Source of the DNA: Candidatus Oxydemutatoraceae bacterium
GTDB lineage: Bacteria; Pseudomonadota; Gammaproteobacteria; Poriferisulfidales; Oxydemutatoraceae
Length of the DNA: 64,000 nt
NCBI GenBank assembly: GCA_965220085.1
Contig: CBDCOZ010000003.1
Coordinates: 1,888,001 to 1,952,000 of the forward strand
Reading direction: 5' to 3'
Under the pieces are notes generated by a model, which did not search any database, had not been told where the DNA came from, and saw only the letters and a list, made by a program, of their open reading frames with translations. This document shows, piece by piece, positions 49,754 through 60,627 of this stretch. The stretch's first letter is position 1. Every line of letters begins with the position of its first letter. A program made the translations under genes and the position numbers.

Positions 49754-51046
49754 TCAGAAGTTGTAGCCTTTCTCGTCGTGCTGGTTGATATCCAGGCCTT
49801 GCACTTCTTGTTCGTTGCTGACGCGCAGGCCGCCGACTAGCATCCCGGTTACTTTCAGAATGATGAAGCTGATGACCGCAGTCCACAACAGCACGGCTAT
49901 CACGCCGATGAGTTGCACTTGAAACTGGCTGCCCACCGTCATGCCTTCTACAAGGCCGGCGCCGCCCCAGCTTTGCGTAGCAAATACGCTCACCAGAATG
50001 GTTCCGAGAATGCCCCCGACACCGTGGACGGGGAACACATCCAGTGAGTCGTCTATCTTCAGCGCCTGCTTCATGAAGCCGGTCATGAAAAAGCACAGGA
50101 TGCCGGCGCTGAGGCCGATAATCAGTGCGCCGGCCGGTCCGACAAAGCCGGAGGCGGGTGTGATCGCACCCAGCCCGGCGACCATTCCGGTCACGATGCC
50201 AAGCGCACTCGGCTTGCCGTACTTGACCCATTCCAGTGCGGCCCAGACCAAAGAGGCGGTGGCGGCGCTGGTGTGGGTTACGAGCATTGCCATGCCGGCA
50301 TCGCCGTTTGCCGCGACCGCGCTGCCGGCGTTGAAACCGAACCAGCCGACCCACAACATTCCGGCGCCGGTGACCGTCATCGTCAGGTTGTGCGGCAAGA
50401 TCATGGTATGCGGAAAGCCTTTGCGTTTGCCAAGCGCCAGCGCCGCGACCAGCGCGGCGGTGCCAGCGGTTACATGCACGACGGTGCCGCCGGCGTAGTC
50501 GAGCAACCCCAGCTCGCTAAGCCAGCCGCCGCCCCAAACCCAGTGGCATACCGGGATGTAGACCAGCGTGACCCACAGTATCGTGAAGATAACAACGGCG
50601 GAGAATTTCATGCGCTCGGCGAAACCGCCGATGACCAGCGCCGGAGTGATGATGGCAAAGGTCATTTGAAACATGACATAGACCGACTCGGGGATGGTGC
50701 CGCTCACCGAATCGCGGCCGACGCCGTTGAGCCAGATATTACTCAAGCCGCCCAGCCACGCATGAAACGCCCCGCCGTCTGAGAACGCAAGCGAATAGCC
50801 GTATATCAGCCACAGGATTGATACGATGCACGTGATGGTGAAGCACTGCATCAGTATGGATAGCACATTGCCGCTTCTGACAAGCCCGGCGTAGAACAGG
50901 GACAAACCCGGAATCGTCATGAACAAGACCAGCGCGGTGGCGACAAGAAGCCAGGCGGTATCGCCGCTGTCCGCGCCGTTTGCCGCAACGGCGACAGCCG
51001 GCAAGCAGAACAGCATGGCAAAAGCCGCCAGCAACCGCCTTTTCAT
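49754..51046 (-). CDS. amtB: ammonium transporter AmtB
   Basis: FQMTFAIIT, DYAGGTVVH, LWVGWFGFNAGS, DDSLDVFPVHG. Confidence 0.97.
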   Translation of the reverse strand: MKRRLLAAFAMLFCLPAVAVAANGADSGDTAWLLVATALVLFMTIPGLSLFYAGLVRSGNVLSILMQCFTITCIVSILWLIYGYSLAFSDGGAFHAWLGGLSNIWLNGVGRDSVSGTIPESVYVMFQMTFAIITPALVIGGFAERMKFSAVVIFTILWVTLVYIPVCHWVWGGGWLSELGLLDYAGGTVVHVTAGTAALVAALALGKRKGFPHTMILPHNLTMTVTGAGMLWVGWFGFNAGSAVAANGDAGMAMLVTHTSAATASLVWAALEWVKYGKPSALGIVTGMVAGLGAITPASGFVGPAGALIIGLSAGILCFFMTGFMKQALKIDDSLDVFPVHGVGGILGTILVSVFATQSWGGAGLVEGMTVGSQFQVQLIGVIAVLLWTAVISFIILKVTGMLVGGLRVSNEQEVQGLDINQHDEKGYNF

Positions 51047-51424
51047 GCCGCTTGCCCCGGCGCCCTCAGATGGCATCGTCGCCCGACTCGCCGGTTCTGA
51101 TACGAGTCGCCTCCTCAAGGTTGAAGACGAACACCTTGCCATCGCCGGTCTCGCCTTCGTTAGCCGCCTTGACCAGCGCGGTGGCGACAAGCAGCCAGGC
51201 GGTATCGCCGCTGTCCGCGCCGTTCGCCGCAACGGCGACAGCCGGCAAGCAGAACAGCATGGCAAAAGCCGCCAGCAATCGCCTTTTCATGCCGCTTCCC
51301 CCGACGCCCTCAGATGGCATCGTCGCCCGACTCGCCGGTTCTGATACGAGTCGCCTCCTCAAGGTTGAATACGAATACCTTGCCATCGCCGGTCTCGCCT
51401 TCGTTAGCCGCCTTGACCAGCGCG
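50927..51424. repeat. 244-bp tandem duplication across the glnK-amtB junction
   Basis: GACCAGCGCG at 50927, 51171 and 51415; creates chimeric ORF 51066-51290. Confidence 0.92.
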
Positions 51425-51648
51425 TCTTTGACAACGCCCGCATCTTTGTCGCTCACGGCGATTTCAAGTTTCAACTTGGGAATGAACTCCACCAGATACT
51501 CGGCGCCGCGATAGATTTCCGTATGCCCTTTCTGACGACCGAAGCCTTTCACTTCGCTAACGGTCATCCCTTTGATATCCGCTTTTGACAATGCCTCTCG
51601 CACGGCTTCAAACTTGGGCGGCTTGATAATGGCAACAATCATCTTCAT
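51310..51648 (-). CDS. glnK: P-II nitrogen regulator
   Basis: GFGRQKGHTEIYRGAEY, GDGKVFV, RIRTGE; upstream of amtB. Confidence 0.95.
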   Translation of the reverse strand: MKMIVAIIKPPKFEAVREALSKADIKGMTVSEVKGFGRQKGHTEIYRGAEYLVEFIPKLKLEIAVSDKDAGVVKDALVKAANEGETGDGKVFVFNLEEATRIRTGESGDDAI

Positions 51649-51796
51649 CGTTCTTTCTCCGTCTGTAACAGCATAGCGCCTCGGTCATCCGGCGCGCCAG
51701 CGGACGCCCGCACCGCGCTTGCATCGTCATGGCGTAATCTTTTCATCGAATCGGACATCCTATCAGTATAGTGCCTGAGCGAAATAGCTTATAGCA

Positions 51797-52363
51797 TCAG
51801 GCTTTGGGCAGGGTGACCCCGACCTGCTTCTGGTATTTGCCCCTGCGGTCGCTGTAGGACGTTTCGCACACATCGTCGGATTCAAAGAAGAGCAACTGCG
51901 CGACCCCCTCGTTGGCATAGATCTTCGCCGGCAGCGGGGTCGTGTTGGAAAACTCCAGCGTGATATGCCCTTCCCATTCGGGTTCGAGCGGCGTGACATT
52001 GACGATGATGCCGCAACGCGCATACGTCGACTTGCCGACGCACACCGTCAGCACCGAGCGCGGAATGCGGAAGTACTCGACCGTGCTGGCCAGCGCAAAC
52101 GAGTTGGGCGGGATGATGCAAACATCGTTATCAAGAGGGACAAAGCTTTTTTCATCAAACTCTTTCGGGTCGACAACCGCCGAGTTGATATTGGTAAACA
52201 CCTTAAAGTGGCTGCTGCAACGGACATCATAACCATAGCTCGAAGTGCCGTAAGAAATCACCCTGCTCTGATCGATCGCGCTGACTTGCTTCGGCTCAAA
52301 GGGAGCAATCATATTGCGCTCTTGCGCCATCTTGCGTATCCACTTGTCGTTCTTGATCGCCAT
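51797..52363 (-). CDS. dcd: dCTP deaminase
   Basis: [28 protein letters not shown]. Confidence 0.97.
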   Translation of the reverse strand: MAIKNDKWIRKMAQERNMIAPFEPKQVSAIDQSRVISYGTSSYGYDVRCSSHFKVFTNINSAVVDPKEFDEKSFVPLDNDVCIIPPNSFALASTVEYFRIPRSVLTVCVGKSTYARCGIIVNVTPLEPEWEGHITLEFSNTTPLPAKIYANEGVAQLLFFESDDVCETSYSDRRGKYQKQVGVTLPKA

Positions 52364-52381
52364 GGCCGTTGCGCGGCGGGC

Positions 52382-53473
52382 TCAACTGCCGCTTGACACC
52401 ACAATCTTGGGGAACTTTGCCGAATAGTCTTTGTTCTGCATCGCAAGTTGCGCCGTCGCGCGCCGCGCCAACTCCTTGTATGTCTGCGCCAACTTGTCAT
52501 CGGGCGCGGCCACGACCGTCGGGTTGCCGCTGTCGGTCGTCTCGCGTATCGCGACATCGAGCGGCAGGCTGGCGAGCAGCCTCAAATCAAAATCGGCGGC
52601 CATCTTCTCGCCGCCGCCGCTGCCGAAAATGTGCTCCTCGTGACCGCACTTGCCACACACATGCGTGCTCATGTTCTCAACGATGCCAAGAATCGGCACA
52701 TCGACCTTTTTGAACATATTGACCCCCTTGCGCGCGTCGAGCAACGCGATGTCCTGCGGAGTCGTCACGATCAACGCGCCGCTGACCGGTATCTTCTGCG
52801 CCAACGTCAGTTGCACATCGCCGGTGCCGGGCGGCAGGTCGACGATCAGATAATCCATCTCGCGCCAGTTTGTGAAATTGAGCAACTGCTCCAGCGCCTG
52901 AGTGACCATCGGCCCGCGCCAGATCATCGGCGTTTCCTCGTCGATCAGAAAGCCGATCGACATCGCCTGAATGCCAAACTGCTCCATCGGTTCCAACCGC
53001 TGCCCGTCTTCCGAGTCGGGCTGGCCTTTGATGCCGAGCATGCTCGGCTGACTCGGCCCGTAGATATCCGCATCGAGGATGCCGACCGCCGCGCCCTCTG
53101 CGGCGATGGCCAGCGCGAGATTGACCGCCGTCGTCGACTTTCCGACCCCGCCTTTGCCCGATGCCACGGCGATGACATTCTTTATCTTCTCCATCGGCTT
53201 GAGGGTCTTCTGCACCGAGTGCGCCGTAATCGTCGCGCCCGCATCGACCTCCGCAGCAGCCGCGCCCAGCGCGCGCGCCGTTTCGGCAATCTGGCGCTCT
53301 AACTGCGGCAGGTAGCTTGCGGCCGGATAGCCGAGGCGGACGGTGATGCGCGCCCTGTCGCCTTCGATGGCGATGTCTTTGACCGCCTTGAGTGCGCCGA
53401 GCGTCGCATCGGCATTGGGATCAACAATCTCGTTAATCGCATCTTCAATCTTATCGCGGGCTAACTCTGCCAT
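52382..53473 (-). CDS. apbC: Fe-S cluster carrier ApbC/Mrp
   Basis: VASGKGGVGKST, DADIYGPS, DLPPGTGD, ENMS...C..C. Confidence 0.96.
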   Translation of the reverse strand: MAELARDKIEDAINEIVDPNADATLGALKAVKDIAIEGDRARITVRLGYPAASYLPQLERQIAETARALGAAAAEVDAGATITAHSVQKTLKPMEKIKNVIAVASGKGGVGKSTTAVNLALAIAAEGAAVGILDADIYGPSQPSMLGIKGQPDSEDGQRLEPMEQFGIQAMSIGFLIDEETPMIWRGPMVTQALEQLLNFTNWREMDYLIVDLPPGTGDVQLTLAQKIPVSGALIVTTPQDIALLDARKGVNMFKKVDVPILGIVENMSTHVCGKCGHEEHIFGSGGGEKMAADFDLRLLASLPLDVAIRETTDSGNPTVVAAPDDKLAQTYKELARRATAQLAMQNKDYSAKFPKIVVSSGS

Positions 53474-53589
53474 TGGTTATCAAGTCTGTCGGGTCAATAT
53501 CAAGTAAGGTGCGACCATTATACTATACGCGACATTGCGCCGCGCACCGTCGAATGTGCGCAATCCTCGCACTGCCAACGGCGGGCAAT

Positions 53590-54830
53590 CAGGAATCACG
53601 CCGGAGATATTCCGGATGTCAGGCGGCAACAAAAACCGCGGGAGCCATGACACATCGGACACATCGGGCAGCGTGTGCGGCATGGGCGCTTGAAGATGCA
53701 ATCCGCACCGTGGTCGCCGGGTGTCACACGATAACAGAGAGTCTGTGCATTGCGGGGATGTCCGGTGCGCGAAGCAAAACGGCGCGCCGGATGCGGAAAG
53801 CGCGCGGTTGTCGCCAGACTGCCCGCCAGTCAGCCCATCACGGAGCGTGTCGGCGCCAGCGCCGACTCCGCCGCAACGGAAGTGTGAGAAGCGACTCTCG
53901 CAAGGGAGCGGCGGCTGCGCCCTTGCCGACTCTCGCAAGGAGAGTGCGTTGTTGGCGCAAGTCTCGCGAAGCGCTCGCGCTACCGCAGCGGGCCTTCGAG
54001 GAAGAGGCGCAGCCGCAAGCGCAGGCGCTCCGCCAAATTGATGGTCATCGTATAGTCGTCTTCGCTGTCTGTGGTGCCATCGTTTACGGTGAAGGCGAAA
54101 CTGTCGAAGTTGGGGCCGCCGGCGGAGTTGCCCGGGGGATAATAGGTGATGGCGCCGCCCATGATGTCAGCGACGGGCACAGACTGCCCTATGCTGGCGG
54201 CGCGGGCGTTGGCATGAGCGCGATCCAGAGTCGGAATGATGCCGACCGTATCGCCTTCGCGGTAGTTATGCGCGCTGTGGGCGCCGGCAAAGACAGCCGC
54301 CATGACACCGGTCAACCCGCCGCTGCAAACGCGGAAGCCGGACGCTATCAGGCGGCGGCCGATATCATGCGCAATGCGGTAGTTGGGCGCGTCTTCGGGC
54401 GTGCCGCTGTCGCCGATAACAGACACCATAAACCGCCGCGCGGGTTGCGATATTGCTCTTTGTTCCATCATGCCAGTGTATACAATAACAAGGATAGCAC
54501 GGCGGCGACGGCCATCCCCCCTTTCCGGCTCAAACCGGCGCCGCATAATGCCGGAAATATTCCGGATTCCTGACACCGACAAAAACCGCAGGAGCCATGA
54601 CACATTGGACACATGGGGCAAACATCGTGTGCCGCGGGCGCTCGAAGATTCAGTCCGCAGTGTGATTCGTTCGCGGTGTTTTGGCGCTAAACCATAACAG
54701 ATAGTCTGTTCATTGCGGTTTGGGATGTCTGCGGCGCGCATCAAAACGACGCGACAGATGCGGAAAGCGCGCGGTTGCCGCCAGACTGCCCGCCAGTCAG
54801 CCCCGTCACGGAGCGTGTCGGCGCCAGCGC
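53590..54830. repeat. diverged direct repeats (~53590-53870 and ~54540-54830) with IS481-end-like starts
   Basis: Shared GCCGGARATATTCCGGAT...CAAAAACCGC.GGAGCCATGACACAT...GCCAGACTGCCCGCCAGTCAGCCC. Confidence 0.7.
53980..54471 (-). CDS. chimeric ORF: N-half of a LOG/SLOG-family protein fused in frame to the LEGPLR C-terminal module
   Basis: VSVIGD...IGRRL...CSGGLTGVMAA...TVGIIP then ITYYPP...FAFTVNDG...[14 protein letters not shown]. Confidence 0.65.
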   Translation of the reverse strand: MMEQRAISQPARRFMVSVIGDSGTPEDAPNYRIAHDIGRRLIASGFRVCSGGLTGVMAAVFAGAHSAHNYREGDTVGIIPTLDRAHANARAASIGQSVPVADIMGGAITYYPPGNSAGGPNFDSFAFTVNDGTTDSEDDYTMTINLAERLRLRLRLFLEGPLR

Positions 54831-54845
54831 CGAGGATGGTTCGCG

Positions 54846-55958
54846 CTATCGCAGCGGGCCTTCAAGAAAGAGGCGCAGCCGCAAGCGTATGTCCACACTG
54901 GCCACTGCTATGCCGAAGGTCAGGGTGTCCGCATCGCTACTCGCGGTGTTGCTATCGGCATCCCTCGCTGTGTATGTGTATGTGGCGGCAGCGGTAGCAA
55001 CCGTGGGTGTGCCGCTGATGGTGCGGGTGGCCGGCACATAGCTGAGACCAGCGGGCAGGGCCGGGGACAGTGCATACGAGAGAGTGCCATTGCCGCCGCT
55101 GGCCGCAGGCAGGGTCAGGTCGGTGATGGCCGTGCCCACTTCCCAGGCCTGATCCTCAACAGATGCGCTGCCAAAGTCCGGTACCAGATCCGTGGCGGTG
55201 CATGTTTCGCCGCTGGCGCAAGTTACGGTGATGGTGAAAGTCAGGGTAGCTTCATCGCTGGACAGGGTATTGCTGTCACCATCGGCGAGCGTGTAGGTAT
55301 AGGATAGCGCAGTTGCGGTGGCGGTCGGTGTGCCGCTGATGGTACGGGTGGCGGCATCAAAGCTGAGGCCCGCAGGCAACGAGGACGGGGTCAGGGTATA
55401 GGTGTACGGAATCACGAGCGCGGTCGCAGCAGTGTTGAACAGGACATTGCCTATGTTGGCTCCGGGCAACACCAGAGCGGTGATGGCACTATGCGATGTC
55501 CAGGTCTGGTTGGCAATGGTTGCGCCATCGGCAAAGACCGGCGTCACATCGGCCTGCGCCGCGGCGCGGAATGTCAGCGTATCGGTATCGCCATCGGCGT
55601 CGGTGGCCGTGAGCGTGAAAGTGGCGGTGGCCAAAGACAACACCGGTCGGCCGCTGATAGTGCGGGTGGCCGCATCAAATCTGAGTCCTGTGGCAGACGT
55701 CAGAGTCGGCGACAGGCTGTAGGTGATGGTGCCATTGCCGCCGGTGGCCGCGGGCAAGACCAGATTGAGGTCCCGGTCGGTCAGCCAGATCAGGTCCGCA
55801 CCAGTGACCGCCGCGTTGCCAAAGTCCGGCGCGGTGTCCTGCGCATGCGCCTGAGCGCAGACAACAAACAGCGCCGGCAACATCAGCGACCAAAGACTCC
55901 CGCGGATCCGTGTTGCCGCGCCGTTGCGCGGAGTCATATCGGAATTTTGACAGTTCAT
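54846..55958 (-). CDS. secreted protein with three putative Ig (He_PIG-like) domains and [12 protein letters not shown] tail
   Basis: Signal peptide ending AQAHA; [19 protein letters not shown] repeats. Confidence 0.85.
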   Translation of the reverse strand: MNCQNSDMTPRNGAATRIRGSLWSLMLPALFVVCAQAHAQDTAPDFGNAAVTGADLIWLTDRDLNLVLPAATGGNGTITYSLSPTLTSATGLRFDAATRTISGRPVLSLATATFTLTATDADGDTDTLTFRAAAQADVTPVFADGATIANQTWTSHSAITALVLPGANIGNVLFNTAATALVIPYTYTLTPSSLPAGLSFDAATRTISGTPTATATALSYTYTLADGDSNTLSSDEATLTFTITVTCASGETCTATDLVPDFGSASVEDQAWEVGTAITDLTLPAASGGNGTLSYALSPALPAGLSYVPATRTISGTPTVATAAATYTYTARDADSNTASSDADTLTFGIAVASVDIRLRLRLFLEGPLR

Positions 55959-56562
55959 ATTTACGGTTTTAATAACGACATGTTTCATGCATGCACGATT
56001 AGTGCCCTACTATACCATAAAACGCGCGTCATCCGCTCATGTCTTTGTATCTGCCGCATTCCTTGTGCGCCCCCGACGCTCGCCCTCTCCCTGCGGCGGC
56101 ATAGCCTGCCCCGTCCGCAATGTCTTTGTATCTTGCCGCATTCCTTCGCGCCCCTGCTCCCCTCCCCGCTGGCGGCAGAGCACAACGCCCGCCCCGTCTT
56201 GCAGGGGTTTAAGGCGAGGCATCCCGCGCATGGCTATGGCTGCCGCGCAAACGCCCATGCCACACACGATATTTGCCCCATGTGCCCGCCATGTCCTGTG
56301 CATCCCACACCCGCTTGACCTTCAAGCCGCCAAGCCTCCGCAACCCTTGCGCCGATACAGGTTTCCAGATCGCGCATCCCGCACACTGCCGCGGCTGCCG
56401 CGCAAGCGCCCATGCCGCAGCACAGCATTTTCCCCAAGCGCCCGCCATGTCCTGTGCATCCTGCGAATCATTGCGGGCGGATGCGCATCATGTAGAATAG
56501 ACGCTCAAAGCGGGTGTCGCCACGCGCCCCGCATCACCGCAAACGAGCAGGACATACCGACC

Positions 56563-58212
56563 ATGATGAGCCAAGATACCCGCGACATTCTGATAACCAG
56601 CGCGCTGCCCTACGCCAACGGCGAGATACATCTGGGGCACTTGGTCGAATACATCCAGACCGACATATGGGCGCGCTTTCAGAAACTGCGCGGGCATCGT
56701 TGCTACTACGTCTGCGCCGATGATGCGCACGGCACGCCGATCATGTTGTACGCGCGGCAACACGACATCACGCCGGAGGAACTGATAGCAAAAATGCGCA
56801 AAGCCCATATCCGCGACTTTGAAGCCTTTGACATTGGCTTTGACAACTACTACACGACGCACTCAAAGGAGAACTACGAATTCTCGCGCGATATTTTTGA
56901 ACGCCTGCGACCGCATATCACAAAGCGCGCCATCTGGCAGGCGTACGATGAGAAGGCCGGCATGTTCCTGCCCGACCGCTTCATCCGCGGGCAATGCCCC
57001 AAGTGCGGCGCCGAAGATCAGTATGGCGACTGCTGCGAAGCGTGCGGCGCGACCTATGCGGCCGACAGCCTGATTAACCCGGTTTCGGTTCTCAGCGGCG
57101 ACGCGCCGAGCAAGCGCGAATCGGAGCACCTCTTTTTCAAGCTCAGCGACTTTGAGGCCGACCTCAGGGAGTGGGTGCGCGGCAGCTCGGTGCAAAACGA
57201 GATCAGCAACAAGATCAGCGAGTGGTTTGAAGTCGGCTTGCAGGACTGGGATATTTCCAGAGACGCCCCCTACTTCGGGTTCAAGATTCCGGGCTATGAC
57301 GACAAGTATTTTTATGTCTGGCTTGACGCGCCGATCGGATACATGGCGAGCTTTAAGGACCTCTGCAACCGCACCGGCTTGGACTTTGATCACTTTTGGC
57401 GCGAAGGCAGCGACGCCGAGCTACACCACTTTATCGGCAAAGACATCGCGTATTTCCACACGCTGTTTTGGCCCGCCATGCTCAAAGGCGCGGGCTTGCG
57501 CCTGCCGAACGCCGTTCGCTGTCACGGCTTTCTCACCATCAACGGCAAGAAGATGTCCAAGTCCCGCGGCACTTTCATCACCGCGCGGGCGTATCTGGAG
57601 CATCTGCGCCCCGATTATCTGCGCTACTACTTCGCCGCGCACATAAACGGCAGCATAGAAGACATCGACCTCAATCTGGACGACTTCAGGCAACGCGTGA
57701 ACAGCGACATGGTCGGCAAGTTCATCAACATCGCCAGCAGATGCGCCGGCTTTATCAACAAGCGCTTTGACGACCGCATACTGTGCGGCGATGCGTTGCT
57801 GCAACACGAACTCTATCGCGCAAGCGTCCGCCGCGGCGAAGACATCGCGGCGGCCTATGACGCGCTCGATTACGCGGCGGCAATCCGCGCAATCATGGCG
57901 CTCGCCGACGATGCCAACCGCTACATCGAGCGCAACAAGCCGTGGGAAGTCGCAAAACGCGACGGCGCCGACGCGCAACTGCATGAGATTTGCAGCCTCG
58001 GGCTGCTCCTTTTCGCGCGCCTCGTGTTGTGCCTGAAGCCCGTGTTGCCGCGCAGTTGCGCCCAATGCGAAGACTTTTTGCAGTGCCGGTTTGAGAGATG
58101 GGACGACAATCCGTTTGCGGGCAAAACGACGCACGCGATAAAACGCTTCGCCGCGTTGATCTCCAGAATAGAAGCGGCGCAGGTTGCCGCGCTGACAAAC
58201 GCCGCGGATTGA
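56563..58212 (+). CDS. metG: methionyl-tRNA synthetase
   Basis: [20 protein letters not shown], zinc-knuckle cysteines; no C-terminal tRNA-binding domain. Confidence 0.97.
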   Translation: MMSQDTRDILITSALPYANGEIHLGHLVEYIQTDIWARFQKLRGHRCYYVCADDAHGTPIMLYARQHDITPEELIAKMRKAHIRDFEAFDIGFDNYYTTHSKENYEFSRDIFERLRPHITKRAIWQAYDEKAGMFLPDRFIRGQCPKCGAEDQYGDCCEACGATYAADSLINPVSVLSGDAPSKRESEHLFFKLSDFEADLREWVRGSSVQNEISNKISEWFEVGLQDWDISRDAPYFGFKIPGYDDKYFYVWLDAPIGYMASFKDLCNRTGLDFDHFWREGSDAELHHFIGKDIAYFHTLFWPAMLKGAGLRLPNAVRCHGFLTINGKKMSKSRGTFITARAYLEHLRPDYLRYYFAAHINGSIEDIDLNLDDFRQRVNSDMVGKFINIASRCAGFINKRFDDRILCGDALLQHELYRASVRRGEDIAAAYDALDYAAAIRAIMALADDANRYIERNKPWEVAKRDGADAQLHEICSLGLLLFARLVLCLKPVLPRSCAQCEDFLQCRFERWDDNPFAGKTTHAIKRFAALISRIEAAQVAALTNAAD

Positions 58213-58214
58213 AA

Positions 58215-58790
58215 ATGACAGAGGCCGTTCTGATTATCATCAACGCCGCCTTGATCAACAACTTTGTGCTGGTTAAGTTTCTCGGGCTGTGTCCGCTGAT
58301 GGGAACCTCGCGGCGGCTCGACAGCGCGCTGGGCATGGCGGGCGCGACCCTGATCGTGCTGACGACCGCTTCCGCCATCAGTTATCCGCTGAACCGCTTC
58401 GTGCTGGCGCCGAATCAACTGGAGTTTTTGCAGACCCTGAGTTTCATTCTGGTCATCGCGATGGTCGTGCAACTGATAAAGACCCTCATCCGCCGCGCCG
58501 ACCCCCTGTTGCATAACCGGCTCGGCATTTACCTGCCGCTGATTACCACCAATTGCGCGGTGCTCGGCATCGCATTGCTCAACGCCCGCGCGGCGAGCGG
58601 TTTCGGCGAAGCCGTGCTGACCGGCCTCGGCGCGTCGCTCGGTTTCGCGCTGGTGCTCGTTGCCTTTGCCGGCATGCGCGAGAAACTGGAATACAGCGCC
58701 ATCCCCGCCCTGTTGCGAGGCGCGCCGATAGCGCTGATTACCGCGGGGATCATGTCGCTTGCGTTTGCCGGCTTTGGCGGGCTTGCCTGA
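58215..58790 (+). CDS. rnfA: Rnf/Rsx subunit A
   Basis: NNFVLVKFLGLCP, YLPLITTNCAVLG. Confidence 0.95.
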   Translation: MTEAVLIIINAALINNFVLVKFLGLCPLMGTSRRLDSALGMAGATLIVLTTASAISYPLNRFVLAPNQLEFLQTLSFILVIAMVVQLIKTLIRRADPLLHNRLGIYLPLITTNCAVLGIALLNARAASGFGEAVLTGLGASLGFALVLVAFAGMREKLEYSAIPALLRGAPIALITAGIMSLAFAGFGGLA

Positions 58791-59683
58791 TGCTGATCGC
58801 TGTTCTCACATTGGGCGCGTTCGCGTTTGTCACGGCGCTGATACTGGGGCTTGCATCGCGCCGCCTCGCCGGCGACGATGATGCGCTGACAGAGCGCGTC
58901 AATCAACTGTTGCCGCAAAGCCAATGCGCCCAGTGCGGCTATCCCGGGTGCCGGCCTTATGCGCAAGCCATCGCGCGAGAACAAGCGCCGATAGACCTCT
59001 GCCCGCCGGGCGGCGCGGCGACAGTGTCGGCATTGCAACGGCTGCTCGACAAGGAACAGCCGGCGCGGGCGGCCATGGGCGATGCCGCCGAAGCGGTCGC
59101 AAAAATTCGCGAACAGGACTGCATCGGTTGCGCGCTTTGCGCACAAGCGTGTCCGGTCGATGCGATTGTCGGCGCGCCGCAATGGATGCACACCGTGATC
59201 GAAGCCGACTGCACCGGCTGCGAGCTGTGCATCGCGCCGTGTCCGGTCGATTGCATTGAGATGGAAACGCGCGAAGCGCGACAGACTGCGGCGCCGGTCG
59301 CGCCGTTGCCGTGCATCCGTTGCGACGCCTGCTCTGTTTCGTGTCCGGCGGCGCTCGATGCGCAACGGTTGTATCAACTCGCCGCGGGCGGGCAAGCGCA
59401 AGCGGCGGCGGATGCCGGACTCGGCGACTGCATCGAATGCGAGGCGTGCGAGGAAGCATGCCCCAGCGAAATACCGTTGCTCGCTTTCTTTCGCCACACC
59501 CGCGCGCAAGCCGATGCGGCCGCGCAACGACAGCGACAGGCAAACATCCGGCAGCAACGTTATGAAGCGCGGAATGCGCGGCTGGCACGGCAAGAGAGCG
59601 AGACGCAAGAGGCGGCGCAAGCGCAAAAGCGCCGGCTGAAAGAAAAGATCATGCAAAAACCGATACTGTTTGATCACCGATGA
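58790..59683 (+). CDS. rnfB: RnfB fused to an RnfC-like C-terminal Fe-S/coiled-coil segment
   Basis: LPQSQCAQCGYPGC, CIGCALC, CTGCELC followed by PCIRCDAC...CP and DCIECEAC...CPSEIPL. Confidence 0.88.
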   Translation: MLIAVLTLGAFAFVTALILGLASRRLAGDDDALTERVNQLLPQSQCAQCGYPGCRPYAQAIAREQAPIDLCPPGGAATVSALQRLLDKEQPARAAMGDAAEAVAKIREQDCIGCALCAQACPVDAIVGAPQWMHTVIEADCTGCELCIAPCPVDCIEMETREARQTAAPVAPLPCIRCDACSVSCPAALDAQRLYQLAAGGQAQAAADAGLGDCIECEACEEACPSEIPLLAFFRHTRAQADAAAQRQRQANIRQQRYEARNARLARQESETQEAAQAQKRRLKEKIMQKPILFDHR

Positions 59684-60627
59684 CCGCTTCCGCACCGTTG
59701 CAAGCGCCACAGCGCATGATGCGGCTCACGCTGCTCGCATTGGCGCCGGGAACCATCGCGATGTGTGCGACCTTCGGATACGGCGTCGCCATCAATCTCG
59801 CGATCGCAATCCTCGCCGCCGTCGCCGCCGAAGCGATCGCGCTCAAACTGAGAAAAATACCGCCGTTGCATTTTCTGCGCGACGGCAGCGCGGCGCTCAC
59901 CGGCGTGTTGCTCGCGTTGGCGCTGCCGCCGCACTTGCCGTGGTGGATACCCGCGATCGCGGCGGTCGCGGCGATCGGACTGGGCAAACAAATCTATGGC
60001 GGCCTCGGCAACAACCTGTTCAATCCGGCGATGCTCGGCTACTGCATCGTCTTAATCGCATGGCCGTTGCACCTCACCGCCTGGCCCGACCAATCCGCCA
60101 TGGCGCAAGGCTTTGACCTCGCTCTGGCCGTTCAATACGCCGGCAACCACAGCGGGGAAATACTCGCGGCGGCGATGACCGGCGCGACGCCGCTTGAAAG
60201 CTGGCGCAGCACAGCGCCGGCGCCTTATGATGCGGTCACCGCCGCGCTGCAGTGGAATCTGATCAATGTCGCTTTTGCGCTGGGCGGCGTGTGGCTTATC
60301 TTCAAAGGCGTTATCAGTTGGCACATACCGGCGGCGATGGCGCTCACCGTCGCGCTGATGGCGCTGCTGATACAAGGCGACTTGCACTCGCTCAAGTTGA
60401 ATCTGCTCAGCGGCGCGACCATGCTCGGCGCGTTTTTTATCGCGACCGACCCCGCGACATCGCCGCGCGCCCCCCATGCGATGTTGCTGTTTGGCATCGG
60501 AACGGCGGCGTTGCTGGTGTTAATCCGCAGTTTCGGCGACTACGCCGACGGCCTCGCCTTTGCCGTATTAATCATGAACACGCTCGTGCCCCTGTCGGAG
60601 CGGATATCATCGCGCCATGCGACATAA
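59680..60627 (+). CDS. rnfD: Rnf/Rsx subunit D
   Basis: KQIYGGLGNNLFNPAM, TGATPL, GAFFIATDP. Confidence 0.95.
   Translation: MTASAPLQAPQRMMRLTLLALAPGTIAMCATFGYGVAINLAIAILAAVAAEAIALKLRKIPPLHFLRDGSAALTGVLLALALPPHLPWWIPAIAAVAAIGLGKQIYGGLGNNLFNPAMLGYCIVLIAWPLHLTAWPDQSAMAQGFDLALAVQYAGNHSGEILAAAMTGATPLESWRSTAPAPYDAVTAALQWNLINVAFALGGVWLIFKGVISWHIPAAMALTVALMALLIQGDLHSLKLNLLSGATMLGAFFIATDPATSPRAPHAMLLFGIGTAALLVLIRSFGDYADGLAFAVLIMNTLVPLSERISSRHAT

Noticed and set aside
55987-56562. Long N-terminal extension of MetG in the ORF track
   Set aside because: Open frame through MITE-derived repeats; MetG homology starts at 56563
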